Of a stretch of DNA of 64,000 nt, positions 22,562-31,777 are shown piece by piece. Where the stretch lies: positions 1,615,733 through 1,679,732 of the forward strand of contig CAVRFY010000005.1 of the NCBI GenBank assembly GCA_963720595.1. Reading direction: 5' to 3'. How positions within the stretch are numbered: the stretch's first letter is position 1; every line of letters begins with the position of its first letter. A model generated the notes under the pieces. It was not told the DNA's origin and did no database searches. It worked only from the letters and a program-made list of their open reading frames with translations. This DNA is from an uncultured Actinomycetota bacterium. Its GTDB lineage: Bacteria; Actinomycetota; Actinomycetes; Streptosporangiales; Streptosporangiaceae. Both the position numbers and the translations under genes were made by a program.

Positions 22562-24226
22562 ATGGCTCATCCATCGCCGACCGGCGGCATCTGGCGGGCA
22601 GCGCGGCAGCTGCCCAGCAGGACACCGCTGCGCGTCAAGCTGACCTTGGCGGTGCTCGCGCTGGTCAGCGTCGCGCTGGTGATCATCAGCGTGGCGGGCA
22701 TGTTCGTCTTCCGCGACTACCTGATGTCCAGGGCGGACAGCCAGCTCCAGAACCAGTATCACGAGCTCATGGCCGCCATGCGGCAGAACGATTCGCCCTA
22801 CGGCGGGCCGCCCGGCGTGCAGTTCGGGAAGATTTACGTCCAGGGCCCCTACATCGACGTGATCCGGCTGCAGGGACAACAGCTCAACCCGTCGGCCATC
22901 ACCGGCTACAGCCCGTCTCAGTCGATCGCGCTGCCTGCCGTGCCACTCAGCCCTAATTGGGTCAGGGAGCACGCCGGCCGCCTGGTCACCGTGCCCGGCC
23001 TGGCCAGCCGGGACAAGTGGCTCGTCATCACCGCCCCCGTCCGCTATTACGTGTACCGGTGGCAGGTCGGCACGCTCATCATCGGCTACGACCTCGGCGA
23101 CATCAACGCCTCGGTGGGCAAGCTCGCCGCGATCGACGCCCTGATCGGTGGCATGGCCCTGGTGGGGATGGCCATCATCGGCGTCGCGGTGGTACGGGCG
23201 AGCCTGCGGCCGCTCAGCGACATCGAACGCACCGCGCAGCAGATTGCCGCCGGTGACCTGACCCGCCGGGTTCCGGAGACCGACATCAGGACGGAGGTAG
23301 GCAGTCTCGGCCGGTCGCTGAACCTGATGCTGGCCCACATCGAGGCCGCGTTCCGGGCCAGGACCTCGTCCGAGGAGGCGGCCAGGCGGTCCGAGGAGGC
23401 GGCCACGCGCTCGGCCCTTGCCGCGGGCCGCTCGGAGGAACGGATGCGGCAGTTCGTCGCGGATGCCAGCCACGAACTGCGGACCCCGCTAACGGCGATC
23501 AGGGGCTTCGCGGAGTACTACCGCCAACGGGGCGGCGTGGGTGACGAACCGCCTGACGCCGCCGCCGCGAGCCCGCTCAGCGGCGCCGACCTGGACCGGC
23601 TGATCGAGCGAGTCGAGAGCGAGGCGGTACGGATGGGTGTGCTCGTCGACGACATGCTCCTGCTCGCCCGCCTGGACCAGCAGCGACCGCTGGACTTCCG
23701 CACCGTCGACCTGCTCGCGATCGCCGCCGACGCGCTGCACGACGCCCGCGTCATCGCCCCGAAGCGCACGATCAACCTGACCGTCGGCACGCCGGAGGCG
23801 CCGCTGGTGACCGGCGACGAGGTCGGCCTGCGCCAGGTGGTCGGCAACCTGATGACGAACGCCATGACACACACACCTGATGGCACGCCGATCGACATCA
23901 CGATCAAGTCGGGATCGCTCGGCAACGGCCACCGGCCCGCGGCCAGCACAGGCGCGGAATCCGGTGCGCCTGCCATCATCCTCGAGGTCGCGGACCAGGG
24001 CGCCGGGCTGACCGACGAGCAGCAGCAACACGTGTTCGAGCGGTTCTACCGCACCGACCGTGCCAGGACCAGGACGGCAGGCGGAACCGGGCTCGGCCTG
24101 GCGATCGTCGCCGCGATGGTCAGCGCCCACCATGGCCGCGTCTGGGTCGACTCCGAGCCGGGCAAGGGCTCGACCTTCGGGTTCGCGCTCCCGCTTGCGC
24201 CCGAAGCCAGGACGGCGGCGAGCTAG
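22562..24226 (+). CDS. Sensor histidine kinase (HAMP-HisKA-HATPase)
   Basis: ORF 22298..24226, ATG 22562 (MAHPSPTG) 12 nt after the RR stop. HAMP LRPLSDIERTAQQIAAGDL, H-box FVADASHELRTPLTAIRG, GTGLGLAIV. Confidence 0.85.
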   Translation: MAHPSPTGGIWRAARQLPSRTPLRVKLTLAVLALVSVALVIISVAGMFVFRDYLMSRADSQLQNQYHELMAAMRQNDSPYGGPPGVQFGKIYVQGPYIDVIRLQGQQLNPSAITGYSPSQSIALPAVPLSPNWVREHAGRLVTVPGLASRDKWLVITAPVRYYVYRWQVGTLIIGYDLGDINASVGKLAAIDALIGGMALVGMAIIGVAVVRASLRPLSDIERTAQQIAAGDLTRRVPETDIRTEVGSLGRSLNLMLAHIEAAFRARTSSEEAARRSEEAATRSALAAGRSEERMRQFVADASHELRTPLTAIRGFAEYYRQRGGVGDEPPDAAAASPLSGADLDRLIERVESEAVRMGVLVDDMLLLARLDQQRPLDFRTVDLLAIAADALHDARVIAPKRTINLTVGTPEAPLVTGDEVGLRQVVGNLMTNAMTHTPDGTPIDITIKSGSLGNGHRPAASTGAESGAPAIILEVADQGAGLTDEQQQHVFERFYRTDRARTRTAGGTGLGLAIVAAMVSAHHGRVWVDSEPGKGSTFGFALPLAPEARTAAS

Positions 24227-24370
24227 CCGACCGCGCTGGCGCACAAGCGGGTCAGACCGGCATCATTCCCTGAGCCGACCGCGCTGGCGCACAAGCGGGT
24301 CAGACCGGCATCATTCCCTGAGCCGACCGCGCTGGCGCACAAGCGGGTCAGACCGGCATCATTCCCTTAG
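24227..24370. repeat. 48-bp tandem repeat x3, near-perfect, intergenic
   Basis: Unit ccgaccgcgctggcgcacaagcgggtcagaccggcatcattccctgag at 24227-24274, 24275-24322 and 24323-24370. The only difference is one base in the last copy. The array starts 1 nt after the HK stop. Confidence 0.95.
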
Positions 24371-24417
24371 CCATCGCCGTCCGCGCAGGGCGCGCCGGCG
24401 AAACGGGAGTGAGGCAC

Positions 24418-26979
24418 ATGACCCTGCCGCAGCGCAGCGAGATCGTGATCATCGGCGGCGGCGTGGTGGGCTGCAGCATCGCCTACCAGCTCGCGCGGCG
24501 GGGCAAGACCGACGTGACCGTGATCGAGCGCAGGCGGCTGACCGAGGGCAGCACCTGGCATGCGGCCGGGCTGATCGGCCAGCTGCGGAGCTCGAGCAGC
24601 CTGACCGCGCTGATGCGGTCGAGCGTCGCGACCTACCGGACGCTGGAACTTCAGACCGGTTACGCCACCGGCTGGCATGAGGCAGGCAGCATCAGGGTGG
24701 CATCCAGTGACGACCGCTGGCACGAGCTCAGGCGCCTGATCACTGCCGCCAGGAGCTTCGGATTCGACGCCGACCTCATCTCCGCGAGTACCGCGCGCGA
24801 GCTGTTCCCGCCCCTGTCTGTCGAAGGCGTCCGCGGCGCGGTCTGGGTGCCCTCGGACGGCTACGCCGACCCCAGCCAGCTCACGCACGCCTTCGCCACC
24901 GGTGCCCGCGCGCTCGGCGTCCGGATCGTCGAGAACACCACGGTCACCTCCATCGAGCGCAACGGGCGGCGCGTGGTCGCCGTCGGCACGCAGGCCGGGC
25001 GGATCGAATGCGAGGTCGTCGTGAACGCCACCGGCATGTGGGGCGGCCAGACGGCGGCCATGGCCGGGTCCGACCTCGCGGTCAGTCCCGTCGAGCACCA
25101 GTACGTGGTGACAGAGCGGATCGACGCCCTGCCGCCCGACCTGCCGACATTCCGCGACCCCGACGCGCGGTTCTACGTGAAGCCGGAGACCGGCGGCCTG
25201 GTAGTCGGCGGCTGGGAGGACGGCAGCCGGGTGCCGTGGCGGCCGGTGCCCGCCGACCTCGGCCCCGAGCTGTTCCCGCCCGCGCACGACAGGTTCGCGC
25301 CGCTCGCCGACGCGTGCGCGCAGCGGATTCCCGTCTTCGCCGAGGCTGGCATCAGGACCTGGATCAACGGGCCGATCCCGTTCTCCCCCGATGCCGAGCC
25401 GCTGATGGGCGTGACGGAGGACGTGGACAACCTGTTCCACTGCTGCGGCTTCTCGGCCGGGATCGCGGCGGCCGGCGGCGCCGGGCACGCCATGGCCGGC
25501 TGGATCATCGACGGCGACCCCGGCCTGGACCTGTGGCCATTCGACGTGCGCAGGTTCGGCCGACCGCACAGCGTGCCTGGCTACCTGGAACAGCGCTGCG
25601 TGGACGCCTACGCGAACTACTACCAGGTCGCGTTCCCCAACCGCGAGCTCGCGGTCGGCCGGGGCCAGCGCCGCAGCCCCGTGCATGACGTGCTGGCCGC
25701 GCGCGGTGCCGTCTTCGGCGCGAAATTCGGCTGGGAGCGGCCCAACTGGTTTGCCCCGGCCGGGACCGCGCGATCCGGGGCCGCACTGTCCGGGGCCGCA
25801 CGGTCCGGGGTCGCGCGGTCCGGGACCGCCGCCTCCGAACAGCTGACCTTCGGCCGCAGCAACGCCTGGCCCGCGATCGAGGCCGAGCACCACGCGGTCC
25901 GCCGGGCCGCGGGCCTGATCGACATGAGCTCGTTCAGCAAGTTCGAGATCGCCGGGCCGGGTGCGCTGTCGCTGCTCCAGCGGCTGGCGGGCGCCGATCT
26001 CGACGTCGCGGCCGGCAAGATCGTGTACACCCAGCTGCTGAACGAGCGCGGCGGCATCGAGGCGGATGTCACCATCACCAGGCTGGGCGAGGCGGAGTTC
26101 TATCTCGTCACCGGGGCGGGTTTCGGCCGCCACGACGTCGCGTTCGTGCGGCGGCATGCGCCCGACGACGGTTCGGTGACCGTCCGCGACGTGACGTCGG
26201 CCTTCGGCGTGCTGACCCTGGCCGGGCCCTCGGCGCGGCAGATCGCGCAGCGGATCAGCAGCGCCGACCTCACGAACGCAGGGTTCGGCTACATGACGGC
26301 CCGCTGGATCGATCTCGGCCACGCGCCCGTGCTCGCGCTGCGGGCGGGCTACGTCGGCGAGCTCGGCTGGGAGTTCCATGTCCCGGCCGAGTACGTGCGC
26401 GACCTGTTCGAGCGGGTGCATGAGGCCGGCGCCGATCTCGGCCTGCGCGACGTGGGCTACCGCGCCGTCAACTCGCTCCGGCTGGAGAAGCAGTACCTCG
26501 CATGGTCCGCCGACATCAGGAGCGACGACGATCCGTACGCGGCCGGCCTCGGCTTCGCGGTCAGGCCGGACAAGCCGGGCCTGGTGGCCGGCCCGGCGCT
26601 GCGCAAAATCCGCGACGAAGGAGCCGCCGAACGGCTGTGCTGGTTCACCGCGGCCCCCGACGTGATCATGCACGGCGGCGAGCTGCTGACCTGCCCGGGG
26701 CACGCGGTCACGGCGAGCGTCCGCAGCGCTGGCCCCGGGTTCACAGCCGGCCGGACGATCTTCTCGGCCTACCTGCCGGCCCAGGTCGCCGCGGCTACCC
26801 ACACGACCGCGGCCACCGACACACCCGCGGCCACCGACACGCCTGCGGCCACCGACACACCTGCAGCCGCCGACACGCCAGGGACCGACTTCGTGGTCGA
26901 GGTCGCCGGCGACCAGCACCCGGCCGCCAGGCACCTGCGGCCGCTCTACGACCCGGCCGGCACCCGGATTCGCTCGTAA
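24418..26979 (+). CDS. FAD-dependent oxidase fused to a GcvT-type folate-binding aminomethyltransferase domain (dimethylglycine oxidase / sarcosine dehydrogenase-like)
   Basis: N-terminus IVIIGGGVVGCSIAYQLA (FAD fold). C-terminal GcvT-like GYVGELGWEFHVP. About 850 aa, as in DMGO-type enzymes. ATG 24418 is preceded by GGGAGTGAGG. Confidence 0.8.
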   Translation: MTLPQRSEIVIIGGGVVGCSIAYQLARRGKTDVTVIERRRLTEGSTWHAAGLIGQLRSSSSLTALMRSSVATYRTLELQTGYATGWHEAGSIRVASSDDRWHELRRLITAARSFGFDADLISASTARELFPPLSVEGVRGAVWVPSDGYADPSQLTHAFATGARALGVRIVENTTVTSIERNGRRVVAVGTQAGRIECEVVVNATGMWGGQTAAMAGSDLAVSPVEHQYVVTERIDALPPDLPTFRDPDARFYVKPETGGLVVGGWEDGSRVPWRPVPADLGPELFPPAHDRFAPLADACAQRIPVFAEAGIRTWINGPIPFSPDAEPLMGVTEDVDNLFHCCGFSAGIAAAGGAGHAMAGWIIDGDPGLDLWPFDVRRFGRPHSVPGYLEQRCVDAYANYYQVAFPNRELAVGRGQRRSPVHDVLAARGAVFGAKFGWERPNWFAPAGTARSGAALSGAARSGVARSGTAASEQLTFGRSNAWPAIEAEHHAVRRAAGLIDMSSFSKFEIAGPGALSLLQRLAGADLDVAAGKIVYTQLLNERGGIEADVTITRLGEAEFYLVTGAGFGRHDVAFVRRHAPDDGSVTVRDVTSAFGVLTLAGPSARQIAQRISSADLTNAGFGYMTARWIDLGHAPVLALRAGYVGELGWEFHVPAEYVRDLFERVHEAGADLGLRDVGYRAVNSLRLEKQYLAWSADIRSDDDPYAAGLGFAVRPDKPGLVAGPALRKIRDEGAAERLCWFTAAPDVIMHGGELLTCPGHAVTASVRSAGPGFTAGRTIFSAYLPAQVAAATHTTAATDTPAATDTPAATDTPAAADTPGTDFVVEVAGDQHPAARHLRPLYDPAGTRIRS

Positions 26980-27015
26980 GACCTAGCTGAGCAGCCGGGC
27001 AGCCGCCCGCTCCGC

Positions 27016-27080
27016 GGTCACCCCGCTCCCCGGTCACCCCGCCCCCCGGTCACCCCGCCCCCCGGGTCACCCGCTCCCCC
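27016..27080. repeat. 16-bp tandem repeat x4 (ggtcaccccgc[tc]cccc)
   Basis: Read directly at 27016-27031, 27032-47, 27048-63, with a degenerate 4th copy. It sits between convergent genes and runs into the 3' end of the minus-strand gene. Confidence 0.9.
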
Positions 27081-28053
27081 GGCCGGCCCGTTCGGACGCC
27101 CGGAGCACGCCGGCCCGGTCGAACGCGGCCCTGATCCACCGCACAACCTGGTCGGGCGCGACCGTCAGCTCATGCCAGCCGAAGTGGACCACCTCGAACC
27201 CTGCCTCGCGCAGCGCGGCATCGCGGCGCAATTGCGAGCGGGCCCGGTCGGGATCGGCGTACTTGAGCGCGCCGTCGGCCTCAGCGATCGTCCTGTGCTC
27301 GCGCCACAAGAAGTCCACCCGGCCGATGGCTCGATCCGGCCCGCCAACCCAGACCTGGAGCTCGGGGGGAGGTAAGCCGCCGTCGCGGAAGGCCACCCGC
27401 GAGATCGACTCGAATGGCGACTCCGACCGCGAGTCGCTGAAGTCGACGACCCGCCTCGCCCGGTCGATCCCTGGCCAGCGGGCACACACCGCGATGACGG
27501 CTCCGAGTTCGGCCTTGGACGTGGTCCCGCCGTGCAGCGCGCAGTCGGCCAGCGTAACCCCCGATCGGAACGGGGTCGTCCTGGCCAGGTCGATCACGGT
27601 CCTGGCGACCGAGGTCGCCGGCACCTTGTTGCTGACCACCACATGCCGGTCGGGAAGCGAGGCCGTGTGCACCCGCAGGCCGGCTCTCCCAGTTCGGTGG
27701 CCGGTCACGCCCCGTGGGCAGGTGACGGTGAACTCATCTGCCTTCGGGCGGTCGAGCAGGGCCAGCCCGTGCAGGATCGCGGCGTCCTGGTGACTGGCGA
27801 CGGCCTGGGGACCGACGATCGCGAGGACGGCCGCGAGCCGAAGTAGCCGCTCGCCATCTCGGCCACTGGCGACCGAACTGGCCAGATCGGCCCTGGCGTA
27901 GGCGCCCCGGCCGAGCCGCTTGAGCTGACCCGCACCGACTAACTGCTGGATTCGGTCAGGAGTCACACCTGCCCCGACAAGCTCAGCAGTCGTACAAATT
28001 GCCGCTAACCGGGCCGAAATCGGCCCTGAGTCAAGCCACTGAACGGGTTCCAT
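27067..28053 (-). CDS. AbiEi-type N-terminal domain + DUF559 (Vsr-like endonuclease fold) protein
   Basis: ORF 27067..28293, ATG 28053 (MEPVQWLD). N-terminus TTAELVGAGVTPDRIQQLVGAGQLKRLGRGAY. C-terminus VDFLWREHRTIAEADGALKY ending FEVVHFGW. Confidence 0.7.
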   Translation of the reverse strand: MEPVQWLDSGPISARLAAICTTAELVGAGVTPDRIQQLVGAGQLKRLGRGAYARADLASSVASGRDGERLLRLAAVLAIVGPQAVASHQDAAILHGLALLDRPKADEFTVTCPRGVTGHRTGRAGLRVHTASLPDRHVVVSNKVPATSVARTVIDLARTTPFRSGVTLADCALHGGTTSKAELGAVIAVCARWPGIDRARRVVDFSDSRSESPFESISRVAFRDGGLPPPELQVWVGGPDRAIGRVDFLWREHRTIAEADGALKYADPDRARSQLRRDAALREAGFEVVHFGWHELTVAPDQVVRWIRAAFDRAGVLRASERAGRGSG

Positions 28054-28080
28054 GCCGGTCCACGATGCCACTCCCCGCCG

Positions 28081-28259
28081 ACATCCACCCCCGAAGGCCA
28101 GTCGCCCGCTCACATTCACCCCCGAAGCCGTCGCCCGCTCACATTCACCCCCGAAGCCAGTCGCCCGCTCACATTCACCCCCGAAGCCAGTCGCCCGCTC
28201 ACATTCACGCCCGAAGCCAGTCGCCCGATGACATTCACCCCGATGCCAGTCGCCCGATG
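28081..28259. repeat. About 30-bp tandem repeat x6 upstream of the AbiEi/DUF559 gene
   Basis: Unit acattcacccccgaagccagtcgcccgctc. Perfect copies at 28141-28170 and 28171-28200; degenerate copies at 28081, 28112, 28201 and 28231. Confidence 0.9.
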
Positions 28260-28514
28260 ACATACAGCACCTTTGAGGGAATCTGTTGGTCAATTAATCA
28301 GTATTTACTAGTTTTTGCACTCCTCCAAAGGTGTAGTAAGTGCGGAGCCGCCCTCATCCAGCACACATCAAGTCCGGCATTTCGGTCACTCCGCGTCGGT
28401 GAGCCGTCAGGCCGAGCCTGGGCGGGGGGCGCGGCGGGCCGTTCGGCCTGGGCGGGCCCGGGCGGGGCCGGGCGGGGCGGCGCGGACCCGGGGCGAGGAC
28501 GGCGCGGAGCCGGG

Positions 28515-29372
28515 TCAGATCCTGAGTGTGGCGTGGGCGGCGGCCATGGCCGATTCCCGGTAGGCGGCGCCGAACAGGCAGACGTGCACGAGCAGCGGGT
28601 GCAACTGGTGCAGCGGCACCCGCGCCCGCCAGCCGCTGGCCAGCGGGGCCACCTCGCCGTACGCCGCGACGATCCGGTCCAGGTACGGCGCGCTGAACAG
28701 CGCCAGCATCGCTAGGTCGGTCTCCCGGTGGCCACCATGCGCCGCGGGGTCGATCAGCCAGCCGCGCCCGCCCGACCACAGCACGTTGCCCGACCAGCAG
28801 TCCCCGTGAATCCTGGCGGGCGGCTCGGCCTGACCAGCCAGCTCGCCCACCCGCTCGGCGACGGACTCCACCGCGGTCACCTCGGCGGCACCGAAGGTCC
28901 CCGCGTCGCGAGCCAGCCGGCAGTACGGCAGCAGCCGGTGTTCGGCGTACCACGACGGCCACGAATCCGCCTGGTCATTGGGCAACGGAAGGCTCGCGAT
29001 GAACCCCGGCCACGGCGCGCCGAACTGGCCAGCGCCTGACTGGTGCAGCAGCGCAAGATCACGCCCGAACCGCTCCGCGGCTGCCAGGTCGGGACCGGCT
29101 TGCGGCAGCCAGGTCACCGCCAGCAGGCCGGGCGAGGTGGCATTGATCTCGGGAACCGGTACGGCCCCCGCCTCGGCGAGCCAGCGCAGGCTCAGGGCCT
29201 CGGCCTCCAGCGCGGCAAGGCCCACCTCGCCAGCCGCCTCCTTGACGAAGAGCTCGCGCCCGTCGGCGAGCTGTGCCCGGTAGTGCCGCACCCCGTGGCC
29301 GCCGCCGACCGGACGGCATGTTGCCACCGGCGACCCCGCCTCAGCGGCCAGTCGTTCTACCAGCTCACGCAC
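28515..29372 (-). CDS. Fructosamine kinase family protein
   Basis: IHGDCWSGNVLW catalytic block, HRETDLAMLALF, and PAYGE-like C-terminus. Confidence 0.75.
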   Translation of the reverse strand: MRELVERLAAEAGSPVATCRPVGGGHGVRHYRAQLADGRELFVKEAAGEVGLAALEAEALSLRWLAEAGAVPVPEINATSPGLLAVTWLPQAGPDLAAAERFGRDLALLHQSGAGQFGAPWPGFIASLPLPNDQADSWPSWYAEHRLLPYCRLARDAGTFGAAEVTAVESVAERVGELAGQAEPPARIHGDCWSGNVLWSGGRGWLIDPAAHGGHRETDLAMLALFSAPYLDRIVAAYGEVAPLASGWRARVPLHQLHPLLVHVCLFGAAYRESAMAAAHATLRI

Positions 29373-29934
29373 CGTCGCTGCCGGCCAGCGTCCCGGCTAG
29401 CCCAGCGACCAGGCCGCGCGTTGCCGCTTGCACCAGGTCGAAGACCTCGGCGAACTGCTCAGGCCCGCCGCCGTACGGGTCGGGCACCTGCGCCCCGTCC
29501 GGCGCGGCAGGATCGAACGATCGCAGCAGCCTGATCCGACCGGCCAGCCCGGGACGGCCGGCCGCCATCCGCTCGAGATTCCGCAGGTTGCTGGCGTCCA
29601 TGGCGATCAGCAGGTCGAACCGGTCGAGCCAGCTTGGGTCGATCTGCCTAGCCCGGTGCTCGGACCCGTCGTAGCCGCGCCGCGCGAGCTCGGCCCTGGC
29701 CCCCCGGTCCATCGGATCGCCGAGGTGCCAGTCGCCGGTGCCCGCGCTCTCCACGCTCACCCGCTCAGCCAGTCCCGCGGCGGCGAGCTCGGCCCTGATC
29801 AGGGTTTCTGCCATCGGTGACCGGCAGATGTTGCCAAGGCATACCACGCATATCTTGTATATTCCCAGCAAATGCTGGGGGAACGAATCCTTCGGAGCCG
29901 GTGGCGGCAGCAACGCGCGTCGGTCAATGGGCAT
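29365..29934 (-). CDS. Low-molecular-weight protein tyrosine phosphatase
   Basis: The last ~190 codons of ORF 29365..31476 read as the P-loop VCLGNICRSPMAE and the DPYGG motif. Start is ATG 29934 or a nearer TTG. Overlaps the next gene by 8 nt. Confidence 0.8.
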   Translation of the reverse strand: MPIDRRALLPPPAPKDSFPQHLLGIYKICVVCLGNICRSPMAETLIRAELAAAGLAERVSVESAGTGDWHLGDPMDRGARAELARRGYDGSEHRARQIDPSWLDRFDLLIAMDASNLRNLERMAAGRPGLAGRIRLLRSFDPAAPDGAQVPDPYGGGPEQFAEVFDLVQAATRGLVAGLAGTLAGSDGA

Positions 29935-29988
29935 GATAACTAGGATGGCCGGCCAACCCGGCCGGGCAGCGAACGGGGACGGTGCGCA

Positions 29989-31374
29989 ATGAGCCAGGCT
30001 GACGAATACCGTCGGCTCTCCCTCTGGCACGACACCGTGCCGGGGCCGCTCGAGCCGGCGGCGAGCCTGGACGCTGACACCGCGGCCGACGTCGCGATTG
30101 TCGGCGCAGGCCTGACCGGGCTGTGGACTGCCTACTACCTGAGCAAGGCCGACCCGGCCCTGCGGATTGTCCTCTGCGAGCGCGAGATCGCCGGGTTCGG
30201 CGCCTCGGGGCGCAACGGCGGCTGGTGCTCCGCGCTGTTTCCCGCCCCGCTGCCCAAACTCGAGCGGATGGCTGGCCGCGAGTCCGCCATCGCGATGTAC
30301 CGCGCGATGCAGCAGACCGTCGACGAGGTCGGCAAGGTGTCGGCGGCCGAGGGTATCGACTGCCACTGGGCCAAGGGCGGAACGGTCCAGTTCGCCCGCT
30401 CGCTCACGCAACTGGAACGCGCGCGGGAAGAGATCCACGAGGCCAGGCTCTTCGGCTTCGACGAGACCGATCTGCGGCTGCTGTCGGCGGCGGAGGCGCA
30501 GGAGTTCGGCGGGGTATCGGATGTGCTCGGCGGCGTCTTCACGCCGCACTGCGCGGCGATCCACCCGGCCAGGCTGGCCCGCGGACTGGCGGACCTGCTC
30601 CGCTCGAGGGGCGTGAGCATCTTCGAGAAGACCGAGGTGCAGCGGCTCGAGCCCGGCCGGCTGGTCACCTCCGGGGGGACGGTCAGCGCCAGGTACGTGA
30701 TCCGCGCCACCGAGGGCTATACGCCAGGGCTGGCGGGGAACGAGCGCGCGGTAGTCCCGGTCTACTCGCTGGTCGTGGCGACCGCGCCGCTGCCCGAAGA
30801 TGTGCTCGATCAGGTCGGCCTGGCGACCAGGCCGACCTTCAACGACCTGCGCCACCTGATCATCTATGGCCAGCGCACCGCCGACGGCCGGCTGGTGTTC
30901 GGCGGCCGCGGGGCGCCGTACCACTTCGGCTCGGCGGTCCAGCCGTCGTTCGACCGGGTGCCTTCGGTCTTTTCGGCGCTGCGGCGGACGCTGATCGAGT
31001 TGTTCCCCGTGCTCGAGGACGTGGTCATCACGCACACCTGGGGCGGGCCGATCGGGATCGCGCGGGACTGGTGCGCCTCGGTCGGGCTCGATCCGGCGAC
31101 CGGCGTGGGCTGGGCCGGTGGTTACGTCGGCGACGGCCTGTCGACCACCAACCTGGCCGGCCGGACCCTGGCCGACCTGATCACCGGGACCGACAGTGCG
31201 CTCACCAGGCTCCCGTGGGTCGGCCACCGGTCGCCGTCGTGGGAGCCTGAGCCGCTGCGCTGGCTGGGCGTCAATGCCGGCCTGCGCGCGATGACCTGGG
31301 CTGACCGGGAGGAGGCCAAGACCGGCCGGCCGTCGCGGGCGGCCGCGGTCGTCAGCAGGCTGCTGCGCTCTTGA
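29989..31374 (+). CDS. FAD-dependent oxidoreductase (DAO family)
   Basis: VAIVGAGLTGLWTAYYL and GASGRNGGW. Confidence 0.75.
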   Translation: MSQADEYRRLSLWHDTVPGPLEPAASLDADTAADVAIVGAGLTGLWTAYYLSKADPALRIVLCEREIAGFGASGRNGGWCSALFPAPLPKLERMAGRESAIAMYRAMQQTVDEVGKVSAAEGIDCHWAKGGTVQFARSLTQLERAREEIHEARLFGFDETDLRLLSAAEAQEFGGVSDVLGGVFTPHCAAIHPARLARGLADLLRSRGVSIFEKTEVQRLEPGRLVTSGGTVSARYVIRATEGYTPGLAGNERAVVPVYSLVVATAPLPEDVLDQVGLATRPTFNDLRHLIIYGQRTADGRLVFGGRGAPYHFGSAVQPSFDRVPSVFSALRRTLIELFPVLEDVVITHTWGGPIGIARDWCASVGLDPATGVGWAGGYVGDGLSTTNLAGRTLADLITGTDSALTRLPWVGHRSPSWEPEPLRWLGVNAGLRAMTWADREEAKTGRPSRAAAVVSRLLRS

Positions 31375-31511
31375 GCGGAGCCAGGTTCGCGGTGACTGGC
31401 GATGAATAGCGGTCCGTACGTTCCGGTTCAGGCGCCCAAGCGGTACCGACTCGGACTTATCGTCCAGTTGGCGCACGCCGGCAAGTCGCTGGTAGCATCA
31501 CTCAGGTTCCA

Positions 31512-31584
31512 GCGCCGCTAGCTCAATTGGCAGAGCAGCGGACTCTTAATCCGCGGGTTCGGGGTTCAAGTCCCTGGCGGCGCA
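31512..31584 (+). tRNA. tRNA-Lys (anticodon CTT)
   Basis: 73-nt cloverleaf. Acceptor GCGCCGC/GCGGCGC, anticodon stem GCGGA/TCCGC with loop CT-CTT-AA, T-arm CGGGG-TTCAAGT-CCCTG, discriminator A. No encoded CCA. Confidence 0.9.
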
Positions 31585-31720
31585 CCCGTCCTGACCTAGC
31601 CTTATACCGATGTTGGCTGCCTTTGCGCGGCCCGCTCCTGGGCCAAGTTTGCTCCACCTTTGCTCGTCAGTCCTGGCGGATCTGGGTGATCTGCGCGGCG
31701 ACGCGCTGTGCCGCTGGTGC

Positions 31721-31756
31721 GGCCGGCGCCGCGGGTCAGAACCCGCGGCGCCGGCC
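31721..31756. terminator. Perfect 15-bp-stem GC hairpin between the tRNA and the convergent lactonase gene
   Basis: ggccggcgccgcggg-tcagaa-cccgcggcgccggcc, 22 nt past the minus-strand stop. No U-tract. Confidence 0.45.
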
Positions 31757-31777
31757 TGTATTAAGGGATGGTCAGAA

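Noticed and set aside
24371-24417. Glycine or THF-type riboswitch upstream of the GcvT-fusion gene
   Set aside because: I looked for the conserved glycine-riboswitch core and did not see it. The leader is only 47 nt after the repeats.
24367-26934. 855-aa ORF antisense to the DMGO-like gene
   Set aside because: Shadow ORF. The opposite strand has unmistakable FAD and GcvT motifs, and the antisense product is low-complexity Arg/Gly/Pro.
24227-28259. CRISPR interpretation of the repeat arrays at 24227, 27016 and 28081 (also 43545)
   Set aside because: The repeats are directly tandem with no unique spacers, and no cas genes are present.
28081-28293. Calling the 30-bp repeat array a definite N-terminal coding extension of the AbiEi/DUF559 gene
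   Set aside because: Codon bias in the repeat frame is no better than in another frame, and the conserved domain begins at the ATG at 28053. It is reported as an open question instead.
29935-31476. N-terminal ~510 aa of ORF 29365..31476
   Set aside because: It is antisense to the FAD oxidoreductase gene. Only the last ~190 codons read as a real protein, the LMW-PTP.
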